Positions 21,161 to 31,281 of a stretch of 64,000 nucleotides of DNA are shown here, in pieces; positions within the stretch are counted from its first letter, which is position 1, and each line of letters opens with the position of its first letter. The position numbers and the translations under genes are program-made. The stretch comes from Minisyncoccota bacterium (GTDB lineage Bacteria; Patescibacteriota; Minisyncoccia; Phycocordibacterales; UBA918). The stretch is from positions 136,821 through 200,820 of the forward strand of contig JAIPIB010000001.1 of assembly GCA_021734905.1 (NCBI GenBank), in the 5' to 3' direction. The notes under the pieces were generated by a model. The model saw only the letters and a program-made list of their open reading frames with translations, searched no databases and had not been told where the DNA came from.

Positions 21161-21586
21161 ATGGATGGGGTATTAGAAGGATTGCTTATAACTAGCTCTG
21201 TACTGATTCTCCTTACAGTACTTTTTAGGTATGAAGAAGTACGAGGTGTGAGATTTGGGGAAAGATTTCGTATTCGAGCAGATTTTTTTGTTCTCAAGAT
21301 TGTTCATTCTCTGCGAACCAAGGCACGATTTTTTCGTCGGGATTTCCTTAAACAGATCTTTCGCTACGGATTCCATACAGTTTTATTCTTCATCCTTAGA
21401 CTTATTGAAGGGTTTGAGAAATGGTTGCGCACCGTAATGAGGACAAATAAAACTATGGCCCGAATTGCTGAACGAGAAAGTGATACGCTGAACAAATTAG
21501 AAGAGATTGCAATCCATAAGATAGAAACATCTCTTACTGAAGAGGAGAAACAAATTCGGAAAGATAAGACGTTGCAAGGATTATAG
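21161..21586 (+). CDS. Hypothetical membrane protein
   Basis: 141-aa ORF directly after tsf; N-terminal hydrophobic helix. Confidence 0.6.
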   Translation: MDGVLEGLLITSSVLILLTVLFRYEEVRGVRFGERFRIRADFFVLKIVHSLRTKARFFRRDFLKQIFRYGFHTVLFFILRLIEGFEKWLRTVMRTNKTMARIAERESDTLNKLEEIAIHKIETSLTEEEKQIRKDKTLQGL

Positions 21587-21673
21587 TTGCATTTTCCATC
21601 CGTTTCTTACATAATAGCCTTGCGCTAAGCTTAAGCGCTTTTATTTTGCACAAAGGAAAATGGAATCCTAAGA

Positions 21674-21747
21674 GCCACCTTAGCTCAGCTGGTTAGAGCA
21701 ACGGTTTTGTAAACCGTAGGTCCTCGGTTCGAATCCGAGAGGTGGCT
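21674..21747 (+). tRNA. tRNA-Thr(UGU); CCA not encoded
   Basis: GCCACCT/AGGTGGC acceptor stem, ACGGT-TT-TGT-AA-ACCGT anticodon arm, GGTTCGAATCC T-arm, discriminator T. Confidence 0.96.
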
Positions 21748-21932
21748 CTTAGGATTTTATTGTGTCAGTTTAGCGAAGCTGGGTGGAGCTAAAACAGTTT
21801 GAGATACTTTTGTAAGCAATCTTCAGTTTAGTAGCCACTCGTTTGAAAAGGAAACCGTATCGTCTTACAGACGCTGTACACCTTTCGCAGAAACTGCTCA
21901 AGGCCTTGCGAACGTGATTCTGCACGTTCTCA

Positions 21933-22190
21933 CCTCGGTTCGAATCCAAGAGGTGGCTCACGACAAAAACTCCCCCGAGGGAGTTTTTTAGTGCCACCCC
22001 AGAAAGCAAACTGTTTTGCTTTCGTTCGGATTCGAAAAGCGGAACGATGTCGCTTCTGCGACACGTGAGCTAGGGCAGGAAGTTCTTAGCGAGTTGGCGA
22101 GCTTAGAAACTTGCGCCGAACATCCAAGAGGTGGCTCACGACAAAAACTCCCTCGAGGGAGTTTTTTAGTGCCACCCCAGAAAGCAAACT
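21933..22190 (+). repeat. Two downstream copies of the tRNA-Thr 3' end, forming a 69-bp direct repeat (21944-22012 and 22122-22190) with an internal hairpin
   Basis: ATCCAAGAGGTGGCTCACGACAAAAACTCCC(C/T)CGAGGGAGTTTTTTAGTGCCACCCCAGAAAGCAAACT occurs twice with one mismatch; the first copy extends left to CCTCGGTTCGA. Confidence 0.9.
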
Positions 22191-22336
22191 ACTTTACTTC
22201 CACTCGAGGTCCACCTTGCTCTAAAAGTCCTTGATAGGTGCAATTTTTTGAGGGGATGGATGGATTTGTTGCTTCATAACATATTGGCGACAGTGGCTTT
22301 CATTATTATCAAAATGGAGCTATACTCAGCTCCATA

Positions 22337-23917
22337 ATGGCAAAAAACCAACATCTGCTTCCATATGCAGCACGTCCTGATTTTAGGGTGGGGCGCGCTG
22401 AAGAGCTTACCGGAAGAGATAGGCGTCTATACCGATTCCTTGAGATTCTTCCTGGTGCTGCGTCTTGGTTCTCTCTTGTTGGTATGGTTCTTGCGTCTAT
22501 ATACGCACCATTTTTTGCGGCATATTTTATTATTGCCTTTGCTGTATTTTGGGTATTGAAGACTGCATTTTTGTCGTACCATTTAAGGCACAATTGGAAG
22601 CGCCTCAAGCATCACATGACAATCGATTGGAAGGTCATGATAGAACGCTTTGAGTGTGGACATTTATACCAGCTAATTATTTTGCCTTTTTACAACGAGC
22701 CGGAGGAAGTCATTGATGCATCACTCAAAGCTCTTAGTGAGGTAAATTACGACAGGAAGAGTATGATCATCGTCCTTGCACGGGAAGAGCGAGCAGGTGA
22801 AGCGTCTCGTCTTGTGGCAGAAAATATGAAAGCAAAATGGGCAGCGACTTTTGGCGGGTTTCATGTTTCATCACATCCGGCAGATATTCCTGGAGAGATT
22901 GCAGGGAAGGGTTCCAATGCAACGTGGGCAGCAGAAGAGGCTCGGAAACATATCCTTGACCCTCATGGTATACGATATAACCATACTCTGGTTTCTATTT
23001 TTGATATTGATACCGTTGTTTACCCAGAGTACTTCAATTGTCTTGTTTGGCATTTTATGACGGCGCCACGGCCGCTCAAAAGTTCATTTCAGCCGGTACC
23101 TATTTTTAATAACAATATGTGGGAGGCGTCTGCTCTTGCTCGAGTTGTTGCCATGTCGAGTACATTTTGGGAGATGGTGCAACAGGAGCGACCAGAACGT
23201 ATGGCGACATTTTCATCACACTCAGTAAGTTTTCAAGCATTGTATGAGGTTGGGTATTGGCAGACAAACATGGTGAGCGAAGACTCTCGTATTTATTGGA
23301 ATCTTCTTATTGCAAATAATGGAGAGTACGATGTGATACCTCTATCGTACCCTGTATCAATGGATGCAAATGTCGGTAAAACTTTTTTTGGTACCATCAA
23401 AAATATTTACAAGCAGCATCGACGATGGACTTATGGAGTCGAGAATTTTGTCTATGTTGTGTATCACTTCACAAAAAATAAGACGATACCACGCGGGAGA
23501 CGTATTCGAATTGCTCTCCAACAAGCAGAAGGATATTGGTCGATGGTGACGAACCCAATTATGCTTATAATTTTGGGCTGGGCGCCAATATTTTTTGGAG
23601 GACGGGTATTTCACGAGACGGTGCTTTCATACAATTTGCCCATTGTCGTTCGCGACCTCCTCATTGTAGCTATGTTTGGTCTTGTCATTTCCTCAATTAT
23701 TTCATTAACACTTATTCCTGAAAGGCCTGGAAACAAGAGTAGGTTCCTGTACGTAGTTATGGCGTTACAATGGGTACTTGTTCCAGTTACTATGGTCATT
23801 TTTAGTGCCATTCCAGGACTTGATGCCCAAACGCGACTGATGCTTGGTAAGTATATGGGCTTTTGGGTCACTCCGAAACACCGAGATGGTCCAGTACAGA
23901 TTTTAGAAAAGGTATAA
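22337..23917 (+). CDS. Membrane glycosyltransferase, family 2
   Basis: LPFYNEP, GKGSN, FDIDT, SED, KQHRRW (QxxRW); several TM helices. Confidence 0.88.
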   Translation: MAKNQHLLPYAARPDFRVGRAEELTGRDRRLYRFLEILPGAASWFSLVGMVLASIYAPFFAAYFIIAFAVFWVLKTAFLSYHLRHNWKRLKHHMTIDWKVMIERFECGHLYQLIILPFYNEPEEVIDASLKALSEVNYDRKSMIIVLAREERAGEASRLVAENMKAKWAATFGGFHVSSHPADIPGEIAGKGSNATWAAEEARKHILDPHGIRYNHTLVSIFDIDTVVYPEYFNCLVWHFMTAPRPLKSSFQPVPIFNNNMWEASALARVVAMSSTFWEMVQQERPERMATFSSHSVSFQALYEVGYWQTNMVSEDSRIYWNLLIANNGEYDVIPLSYPVSMDANVGKTFFGTIKNIYKQHRRWTYGVENFVYVVYHFTKNKTIPRGRRIRIALQQAEGYWSMVTNPIMLIILGWAPIFFGGRVFHETVLSYNLPIVVRDLLIVAMFGLVISSIISLTLIPERPGNKSRFLYVVMALQWVLVPVTMVIFSAIPGLDAQTRLMLGKYMGFWVTPKHRDGPVQILEKV

Positions 23918-23939
23918 TATTATGCTACCCTTGAGTGAT

Positions 23940-25088
23940 ATGGATTCACAGATACAGGTAAAACCTTTGCCATATAAGACTCGACAAAAGACATTCGGGC
24001 TTTTGTTTTTGGTATTTATTGTCGCTATACCTTTTTTGTATTTATATGCAACAGGATATCGATTTGATTTAGATAAACCAGCAAATTTTGTAAGTACAGG
24101 CGGAATGTATATAGCTGTCGATAGGACAGGAGCTGAAATTTATATTGACGGAGAACTTGTTCGAGAAACGAGAGCTTTTCGAAAGGCATTTTATGCACAA
24201 AGTCTTGATCAGGGAACACATCGTGTTCATGTGCAGAAGGAAGGAAGTCATACGTGGGTAAAAGAGCTGTACGTATCAAAGCATCTTGTTACAGAAGCTG
24301 AAGCGTTCAATTTACCACTTGTACCAAAGGTGCGCGTTATATCAAAATGGTTGACGGCAACAGGTACAGCAATAATCAGTACACCTTTGACACAGGCCTC
24401 ATCTACAAATAATGTTCTTGCAACAACAACGAAGAATACTGTTAAATTTACACAGAACGATGAGTACCGTACATTGCTCACTAATTTTGGGACTACGACG
24501 AGTACGTCGACGAAGAAAGAAACTATAGTGGAATCCATCAAAGATATTATGCTGGGAACCACTTCCGTAGCTGCATCTGAAGAAGGGCAGAGTACGACTA
24601 CTGTTATTTCGAGTGGTGTAAAACTTTTTAAGCAAGGAGATGAATTGTTTGCGAGATGGGTTGGGTCGTTTGAACAGATGCCATATTATTTCTGTGCACC
24701 TGACTTTCTTCCTTATTCAACATCATCGATCGATGATAGTCTGATGATTGACGAAGAAATAGATATTATTGATAACAATATCTCTGTTGATGGAGAGATT
24801 ACTATGCACCCAGTACAATCAGTACCAGCGAATATAGAATGTGATCCAATAATTCGTATTGATAATCAGTCACAGGATATCCGCGAGTTTAACTTCTTTC
24901 CTGGAAGTACCGATCTGGTTGTTGTTGCTTTGGCAAACGGTATTTATGTTGTAGAGATTGATGATCGTTCATGGCAAAATGCGCAACCGCTCATCCTTGG
25001 AGATAATCTGCGTATGTATATTGAGAATGGGAACATTTATGTGTACGATGGGGAACTAATATATCAGGTATTTATGCAACAGACATAA
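23940..25088 (+). CDS. PEGA-domain membrane protein
   Basis: N-terminal TM, YATGYR, GAEIYIDG, GTHRVHVQKEG..W; alternative start at 23922. Confidence 0.75.
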   Translation: MDSQIQVKPLPYKTRQKTFGLLFLVFIVAIPFLYLYATGYRFDLDKPANFVSTGGMYIAVDRTGAEIYIDGELVRETRAFRKAFYAQSLDQGTHRVHVQKEGSHTWVKELYVSKHLVTEAEAFNLPLVPKVRVISKWLTATGTAIISTPLTQASSTNNVLATTTKNTVKFTQNDEYRTLLTNFGTTTSTSTKKETIVESIKDIMLGTTSVAASEEGQSTTTVISSGVKLFKQGDELFARWVGSFEQMPYYFCAPDFLPYSTSSIDDSLMIDEEIDIIDNNISVDGEITMHPVQSVPANIECDPIIRIDNQSQDIREFNFFPGSTDLVVVALANGIYVVEIDDRSWQNAQPLILGDNLRMYIENGNIYVYDGELIYQVFMQQT

Positions 25089-25090
25089 TT

Positions 25091-25816
25091 ATGATTGAAC
25101 CACAGCAAGGCCACAAACATCCTTTAAGCCATATGATTGCAGAAATCAATGTTATTTTTGCTGACATAGGCTTTGTTTTTGCTGAAGGTCCAGAGGCTGA
25201 GCGCGAGCATTACAATTTTGACCGTCTCAATGTTCCGAAATATCATACGTCTCGTGATATGCAGGATACTTTTTGGTTTAAGAATAAAGACGTCGCTGCG
25301 CCGACAGTTCTTCGTACTCAAACTTCTCCTGTACAAGCACGATACTCAGAATCACACATGCCGCCCATTCGAGTTATTGTACCAGGAAAGGTTTTTCGCA
25401 ATGAGGCGACTGACGCGACACATGAAGCACAGTTCTACCAACTGGAAGGACTCTTTATTGATCGAGGAGTGCACGTTGGTCATTTGAAGGGGGTGATTGA
25501 ATATTTTTTCTCGAAATTTTTTAAGGGCGATGTTGAGGTTAGGTTCCGTCCAAGTTATTTTCCCTTTGTGGAGCCTGGATTTGAAGTTGATATGCGACTC
25601 AACTCCGGAAACTCAAAACTTGTCGGTCGATGGATTGAAGTGATGGGAGCTGGTATGGTACATCCGAATGTACTCAGTAGTTCAGGAATTGATCCGAAAG
25701 TATATTCAGGGTATGCATTTGGTATAGGAATCGATCGTCTTGGTTTTATGAAATATGAATTTGATGATATCCGAAGTCTTTATAATGGCGACCTCCGCTT
25801 TATTAATCAATTTTAA
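25091..25816 (+). CDS. pheS: Phenylalanine-tRNA ligase alpha subunit, catalytic core only
   Basis: GHKHPL, RDMQDTF, LRTQTS, FRPSYFPFVEP, GAGMVHP. Confidence 0.95.
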   Translation: MIEPQQGHKHPLSHMIAEINVIFADIGFVFAEGPEAEREHYNFDRLNVPKYHTSRDMQDTFWFKNKDVAAPTVLRTQTSPVQARYSESHMPPIRVIVPGKVFRNEATDATHEAQFYQLEGLFIDRGVHVGHLKGVIEYFFSKFFKGDVEVRFRPSYFPFVEPGFEVDMRLNSGNSKLVGRWIEVMGAGMVHPNVLSSSGIDPKVYSGYAFGIGIDRLGFMKYEFDDIRSLYNGDLRFINQF

Positions 25817-25818
25817 GT

Positions 25819-27747
25819 ATGAAAGTTGTCTACGATTGGCTTAAAGAATATGTAGGGGAGGAGATTCCCTCAGTTGAGAAACTTGGTGAACTTTTTACAT
25901 TTCATGCGTTCGAAATTGATGGTATAGAAACTATTTCTGGACAAAGCGTTATTGATGTTAAGGTCCTTCCAGACCGCTCGAGTGATTGTCTTTCCCATCG
26001 AGGTATTGCATTTGAGTTAGGGGCACTTATTAAAAAGTCCCTCACTAAGGATATTTTACGTGGCGAAGTTTCTCTTACACCAATTACTAAAAAGGTTACG
26101 GTTACTTTAGAGAGTCCAGAGAATTGCCGACGCTTCAGTGCGGCACTTATTACTGATGTTACCGTAAAAGACTCACCTACTTGGCTTAAAGAACGACTTG
26201 AAACGCTTGGACAACGCTCTATTAATAACGTTGTTGACGCAACAAATTACGTTATGCTCGCACTCGGGCAACCGCTCCATGCATATGATGCCGAAAAATT
26301 TCCTCACCAGAGGGATGTTTGGAATTTTGGTGTGCGTATGTCTCATGAAGATGAAGAAGTAACCACACTTTCCAACGAAACGTACACCCTCACGGAGGGG
26401 GGTGTCCAACTCATCACCGACGCAGCATCAGATACTGCTGTTGGTATTGCGGGTATTAAGGGAGGTAAGTATGCAGAAATAGATGCTAAGACAACAGCAA
26501 TAATTCTTGAAGCTGCGAATTTTAATCCGCAAGTAACGCGAAAAGGAGCTCAGGCAATTAAATTACAGACCGACGCCTCAAAACGTTTTGAAAATGATAT
26601 TTCGCCAGAACTTATTCCGTATGCACTCAAGGAAATAACAGCACTTGTTTTGGAAATTGCTGGAGGAACTCTTGATGGATTTGTTGATGAGTATCCATGT
26701 CCAGTATATAACCCAAAAGTTACCGTAACGCTTGCACAGATTAATGGATTGCTTGGGGTAAATTTAACTCCTGGTATAGTTGAGGATATTTTTACCCGGC
26801 TTGGATTTTCTTTTATTGCAGTTGATGGGAGTTGGGAGGTTGTTGCTCCGTTTGAACGAACAGACATCACTATTCCTGAGGATTTAATTGCAGAAGTTGG
26901 GCGTATATACGGCTATGAACACACTGTTTCTGTTTTACCCAAGAAACAGCCATTGACTGAATATAATTCGCGGCACTACTACTCCGAAAAGATTAGAGGA
27001 ATACTTATTTCGGAAGGTTTTTCTGAGGTGATTACGTCGTCATTTAGAAATAAGGATGATATAGAACTTCAAAATGCTCTCGCAAGCGATAAGCGATATC
27101 TTCGTAGTCAACTTGGTAACAATATTCGCGAGGCGCTGGATCGTAATATGCCAAACATCGATCTTTTGGGAATCCAGTGTATGCAAGTGTTTGAGATTGG
27201 GACTGTGTTCCAAAGAACTGAAGACAAGAGTGATGTTACTGAACATGTTTCTCTTGCCTTGGGGGTTAGGCTGAAACAGCAGGGAAGTTCTCCAAAAGAT
27301 GACATCCGTCTCCGTGAGGTACTTAAAAAGATCGAAGAGGTTTTAGGCATTGAGGTTGAAGCAACTGTTGCTGGAGGTATCCTTGAGTGTGATTTTACAA
27401 AACTTGTATCGAAGTTACCAACGCCAACTGCATACGACGAGTATGTCCCCGATAACTCGACGCTTTTTGCTGCGTACTCGACATATCCGTTTGTATCGAG
27501 AGACATCGCTCTCTGGGTACCAGAAGAAATCCAGATTGAGGAAGTTGAATCATTGATTAAAGAACATGCAGGAGTACTTCTCACTAGAGTCACACTTTTT
27601 GATCAGTTCGCAAAAGAGGGGAAGGTTTCGTACGCATTTAGGTTAATCTTCCAGTCGTTTGAAAAGACACTTACTGACGAAGAGGTTGGTGTGATTATGG
27701 AAAAAATCTCGAAAGAGGCAGAGAATCGAGGATTCGTCGTTCGGTAG
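25819..27747 (+). CDS. pheT: Phenylalanine-tRNA ligase beta subunit lacking the B2 OB domain
   Basis: PDRSSDCLSHRGIA, INNVVDATNY, EDLIAEVGRIYGY, FDX-ACB domain YPFVSRDIAL. Confidence 0.95.
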   Translation: MKVVYDWLKEYVGEEIPSVEKLGELFTFHAFEIDGIETISGQSVIDVKVLPDRSSDCLSHRGIAFELGALIKKSLTKDILRGEVSLTPITKKVTVTLESPENCRRFSAALITDVTVKDSPTWLKERLETLGQRSINNVVDATNYVMLALGQPLHAYDAEKFPHQRDVWNFGVRMSHEDEEVTTLSNETYTLTEGGVQLITDAASDTAVGIAGIKGGKYAEIDAKTTAIILEAANFNPQVTRKGAQAIKLQTDASKRFENDISPELIPYALKEITALVLEIAGGTLDGFVDEYPCPVYNPKVTVTLAQINGLLGVNLTPGIVEDIFTRLGFSFIAVDGSWEVVAPFERTDITIPEDLIAEVGRIYGYEHTVSVLPKKQPLTEYNSRHYYSEKIRGILISEGFSEVITSSFRNKDDIELQNALASDKRYLRSQLGNNIREALDRNMPNIDLLGIQCMQVFEIGTVFQRTEDKSDVTEHVSLALGVRLKQQGSSPKDDIRLREVLKKIEEVLGIEVEATVAGGILECDFTKLVSKLPTPTAYDEYVPDNSTLFAAYSTYPFVSRDIALWVPEEIQIEEVESLIKEHAGVLLTRVTLFDQFAKEGKVSYAFRLIFQSFEKTLTDEEVGVIMEKISKEAENRGFVVR

Positions 27748-27909
27748 GGAAAATATACGATTTCTTCTATTTTTTGTACCCAAATATACGATACTTTTAC
27801 CAATTTTCCACGAGACAAAACGGCTCAAATTTGCTATACTATCCTTATTGAGCCTTGGTGCTCATTTTGTTTATATTGTACACACTACCGCTCGTAACAA
27901 AACTTTAGC

Positions 27910-30027
27910 ATGGCAAAGAAAGAAGACAAAAAATCAACGAAAAAAGGTTCATATAGTGCTGATTCTATCCAGGTGCTTGAAGGTCTTGAACCGGTGCGAA
28001 AGCGCCCTGGGATGTATATCGGAACAACTGGCCCCGACGGACTACACCATCTTGTGTGGGAAGTTTTTGACAACTCGAGGGATGAGGCAATGGGTGGTTT
28101 TGCAAACCGTGTGGAGGTCGCCCTACTTCCAGGAAATTATATTCGCGTGGTTGATAACGGACGAGGTATTCCCGTTGATATGCACAAGCAGACAAAGGTC
28201 TCAGCACTTGAGACAATCATGACGACACTTCACGCAGGAGGAAAATTTGGTGGAGAAGGCTACAAAGTTTCTGGAGGACTTCATGGTGTAGGTGTATCTG
28301 TTGTGAATGCGCTTTCGACACATGTTATCGCTGAAATTCATCGTGATGGTGGATACTTCATGCAGGAGTACACCATTGGTAAACCGCGGACAAAGGTTAA
28401 GAAAGTTGGACCATCAAAACTTCAGGGTACAGTTATAACATTCAGCGCAGATGGTACTATTTTTCCTGAAATAGAATATGACTTTAAACGAATTGTGTCT
28501 CACCTGAGACAGCAGGCATATCTTGTGAGAGGGATGAAGATTTCTGTTATCGATGCGCGCCACATTGGAGGAGAAACTGAAATGTCGGAGAAAGAAGTTC
28601 AGAAATTTATTGAGAGTGTTCAGGGGAAACAGTACCTTTCCGACAATCACTTTGAGGTTCCTCATGAACATTTCTATTTTGAAGGAGGACTTAAATCACT
28701 CGTTGCCTTTAATAACCAGTATCAAAAACCAACGCACAGCAATATTTTCTATGTTGAAAAACAAGATTATGATTCAGCAGTACTTTCAGTTGAAGTAGCA
28801 CTTCAATACGTTGATGACATAACCCCCCGTATTAGTGCTTTCGCAAATAACATCTACAACCCAGAACATGGTACGCATGTTACTGGTTTTAAGACGGCGC
28901 TGACTCGGACTCTTAATAACTACGCAAAGAAAAATAACTTTTTCTCAGTAAAAGATAAAGATACAGGATTTACTGGAGATGATGTTCTTGAGGGGATTAC
29001 CGCTGTCGTGTCAGTAAAGATGCCGGAGATTCAATTTGAAGGTCAAACAAAATCCAAGCTTGGATCAGTAGAAGCGCGAAGCGCTGTGGAGAGTGTCTTT
29101 GGTGATGCTTTTAACGAATACCTCGAAGAAAACCCTGATGATGCAAAATCAATCATTAACAAAGTGATCATTGCTGTAAAGGCTCGAAAAGCAGCCAAAG
29201 CAGCTAAAGATTCAGTCTTAAGAAAGGGAGCGCTTGAAGGGATGACACTTCCCGGCAAGCTTGCAGACTGTCAATCAAAGAGTGCTGAAGAATCTGAAAT
29301 ATTTATTGTGGAGGGAGATTCTGCTGGTGGATCAGCAAAAATGGGGCGTGATCGTCGAACACAGGCGATTTTGCCACTTCGAGGTAAGATTCTCAATGTT
29401 GAGCGAGCTCGTCTCGATCGCATGCTTGCTTCAGAACAGGTAAAGAATCTCGTTGTTGCACTTGGTACAGCAATTGGAGATGTTTTTGATCTTTCAAAAC
29501 TTCGTTACCACAAAATAATTATCGCAACTGACGCTGATGTTGATGGTGCGCACATTCGTACACTTCTTCTAACACTCTTCTACAGATACTTTAGACCAAT
29601 TATTGATGGTGGATATTTGTACATTGCTCAACCACCACTCTATAAAATCAGTAAAGGAAAGGCTGTAATGTATGCGTACACCGATGAAGAAAAAGTTAAG
29701 TTTCTCGGTGCGGACGCAGTAGTAATCGAGAGTGATGAGCCAGAATCAGAAGGTGATTCTTCAGAGAGCGGTGATGAAGAAGTTAAGGAAGAAGTTGCAG
29801 GGAAGTCACAGAAGGTTCGAATCCAAAGATATAAGGGTCTTGGAGAAATGAATGCAGAAGAGCTATGGGAAACTACGATGAATCCAGAACATCGCGTTCT
29901 GAAGCAGGTGTCTGTTGTAGATGGATTCGAAGCAGATAGGGTATTTGATATTCTTATGGGAACAGATGTTTCAAGTAGGAAATCATTTATTCAGTCCAAT
30001 GCACACATGGCAAATCTTGATGTGTAG
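27910..30027 (+). CDS. gyrB: DNA gyrase subunit B
   Basis: VRKRPGMYIG, GGLHGVG, VEGDSAGGS, DADVDG, QRYKGLGEMN. Confidence 0.96.
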   Translation: MAKKEDKKSTKKGSYSADSIQVLEGLEPVRKRPGMYIGTTGPDGLHHLVWEVFDNSRDEAMGGFANRVEVALLPGNYIRVVDNGRGIPVDMHKQTKVSALETIMTTLHAGGKFGGEGYKVSGGLHGVGVSVVNALSTHVIAEIHRDGGYFMQEYTIGKPRTKVKKVGPSKLQGTVITFSADGTIFPEIEYDFKRIVSHLRQQAYLVRGMKISVIDARHIGGETEMSEKEVQKFIESVQGKQYLSDNHFEVPHEHFYFEGGLKSLVAFNNQYQKPTHSNIFYVEKQDYDSAVLSVEVALQYVDDITPRISAFANNIYNPEHGTHVTGFKTALTRTLNNYAKKNNFFSVKDKDTGFTGDDVLEGITAVVSVKMPEIQFEGQTKSKLGSVEARSAVESVFGDAFNEYLEENPDDAKSIINKVIIAVKARKAAKAAKDSVLRKGALEGMTLPGKLADCQSKSAEESEIFIVEGDSAGGSAKMGRDRRTQAILPLRGKILNVERARLDRMLASEQVKNLVVALGTAIGDVFDLSKLRYHKIIIATDADVDGAHIRTLLLTLFYRYFRPIIDGGYLYIAQPPLYKISKGKAVMYAYTDEEKVKFLGADAVVIESDEPESEGDSSESGDEEVKEEVAGKSQKVRIQRYKGLGEMNAEELWETTMNPEHRVLKQVSVVDGFEADRVFDILMGTDVSSRKSFIQSNAHMANLDV

Positions 30028-30037
30028 AGTATTCAAA

Positions 30038-30083
30038 TAAAACAAAAAACCACGTGCCGAGCGGCACGTGGTTTTTTGTTTTA
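30038..30083. terminator. Bidirectional intrinsic terminator
   Basis: TAAAACAAAAAACCACGTGCCG-AG-CGGCACGTGGTTTTTTGTTTTA between convergent genes. Confidence 0.85.
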
Positions 30084-30091
30084 GAGTAACG

Positions 30092-31150
30092 TTAGTCTTG
30101 CAGTGCAACATGCCACACAGACATATTGTTATTTTTGTTTACGTCTTGTGAAGAATAAACCGTTGTTGGAATTCTAACGAAATCTTTTTTCACACTGTCA
30201 TCAATGGTAAAGCCAAGCGTAAATTCAACATGTTCCTGTGGCTTGAGTGCTACTTGTGGATCTGATTTATAGATGCCACCACCAGGGAGTACTATGCTAA
30301 AAGTCCACGTTGAAGATGTCTTTGTTCCAATATTACGAATATCAAATTTAATTGCATTTTTAAGATCGTAATTATAGGTAGGTGTGTAAACAAATACGTT
30401 ATTTTTGAGAATACCACTCCCAATCATTTTAACCTGTAAATCGGAGTATCCGTTTGGATTTGATTGCGGGTAAATTATTTTTTGTGTAAATACAGGAGTG
30501 GTTGCTGCCGGCTTTTGTACCGCAACTACTGCAGCTTCTGGTTCCATAATTTCTCCTTCAGGAATAGTGACGGTAGTCTCGTCAGTAGTTAGTTTTGTAT
30601 CTAATTCCTCCATAGCAAGAGATTCACCTGTAGGTATTGCAGCGTTTACAACGGTTACTTTTGTCTCACCAGTAACTGTTGTGCTGCCAACTTCGTTCGT
30701 AAATCTGACTTTGAGTGGAATGTCACTGAATCTGAGTTCATCAGAATTAACACTGAGAAAAAGTCCATTCACCGTTGAGGGAAGGGAAAGGACATCAGTA
30801 CAACTTACCGGCACAAGATCACCCTCAGCACTTCGAACAAGGAGATCTACTCCGTTGGTGCAGGTGTAGCTGAAATGATATTCACCTGGTTCTTTAAGAT
30901 CAGTCCATGTCACTTGGAATGATTCATCAGAGTTAACAACTGATTTCTCTGTAGAGAGTGAAAAATCCTCTGATGGCCGATACTGTGAAATGTTCTGCGC
31001 TATAGACGCGAGTGAAGAAAAAGCATGAGGCGCACGCTTAATACCCTCTGCAGCAAGCCACACAAGAAAGAAAATTGTGGTAAGAAAACCAATAATCGCA
31101 ATGATCTTGATTGCTGGCTCACGTAATTGTGATGTTTTCATACGCGGCAT
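30092..31150 (-). CDS. Membrane-anchored protein with C-terminal CARDB/Ig-like domain
   Basis: N-terminal TM; SDLQVK...FDIRNIG...LKPQE...DVNKNNN pattern; start uncertain (31141-31162). Confidence 0.6.
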   Translation of the reverse strand: MPRMKTSQLREPAIKIIAIIGFLTTIFFLVWLAAEGIKRAPHAFSSLASIAQNISQYRPSEDFSLSTEKSVVNSDESFQVTWTDLKEPGEYHFSYTCTNGVDLLVRSAEGDLVPVSCTDVLSLPSTVNGLFLSVNSDELRFSDIPLKVRFTNEVGSTTVTGETKVTVVNAAIPTGESLAMEELDTKLTTDETTVTIPEGEIMEPEAAVVAVQKPAATTPVFTQKIIYPQSNPNGYSDLQVKMIGSGILKNNVFVYTPTYNYDLKNAIKFDIRNIGTKTSSTWTFSIVLPGGGIYKSDPQVALKPQEHVEFTLGFTIDDSVKKDFVRIPTTVYSSQDVNKNNNMSVWHVALQD

Positions 31151-31281
31151 ACTACAATGCATTTTTTATACTGTCAATAGTTTCATATTCCTAAAAGAGG
31201 GGTAGTATTCATAGAGGCTAAAACAACTACTTGACAAAATTGAGAAATGGGGTACTATTTAAAGCTAAATTACTGAGCAAT

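Noticed and set aside
21933-22190. Direct repeats as a CRISPR array
   Set aside because: Only two 69-bp copies derived from the tRNA 3' end; wrong sizes and no cas genes
21770-22234. ORFs 21770..22009 (-) and 22016..22234 (+)
   Set aside because: They overlap tRNA-derived repeats and hairpins and show no protein-like features
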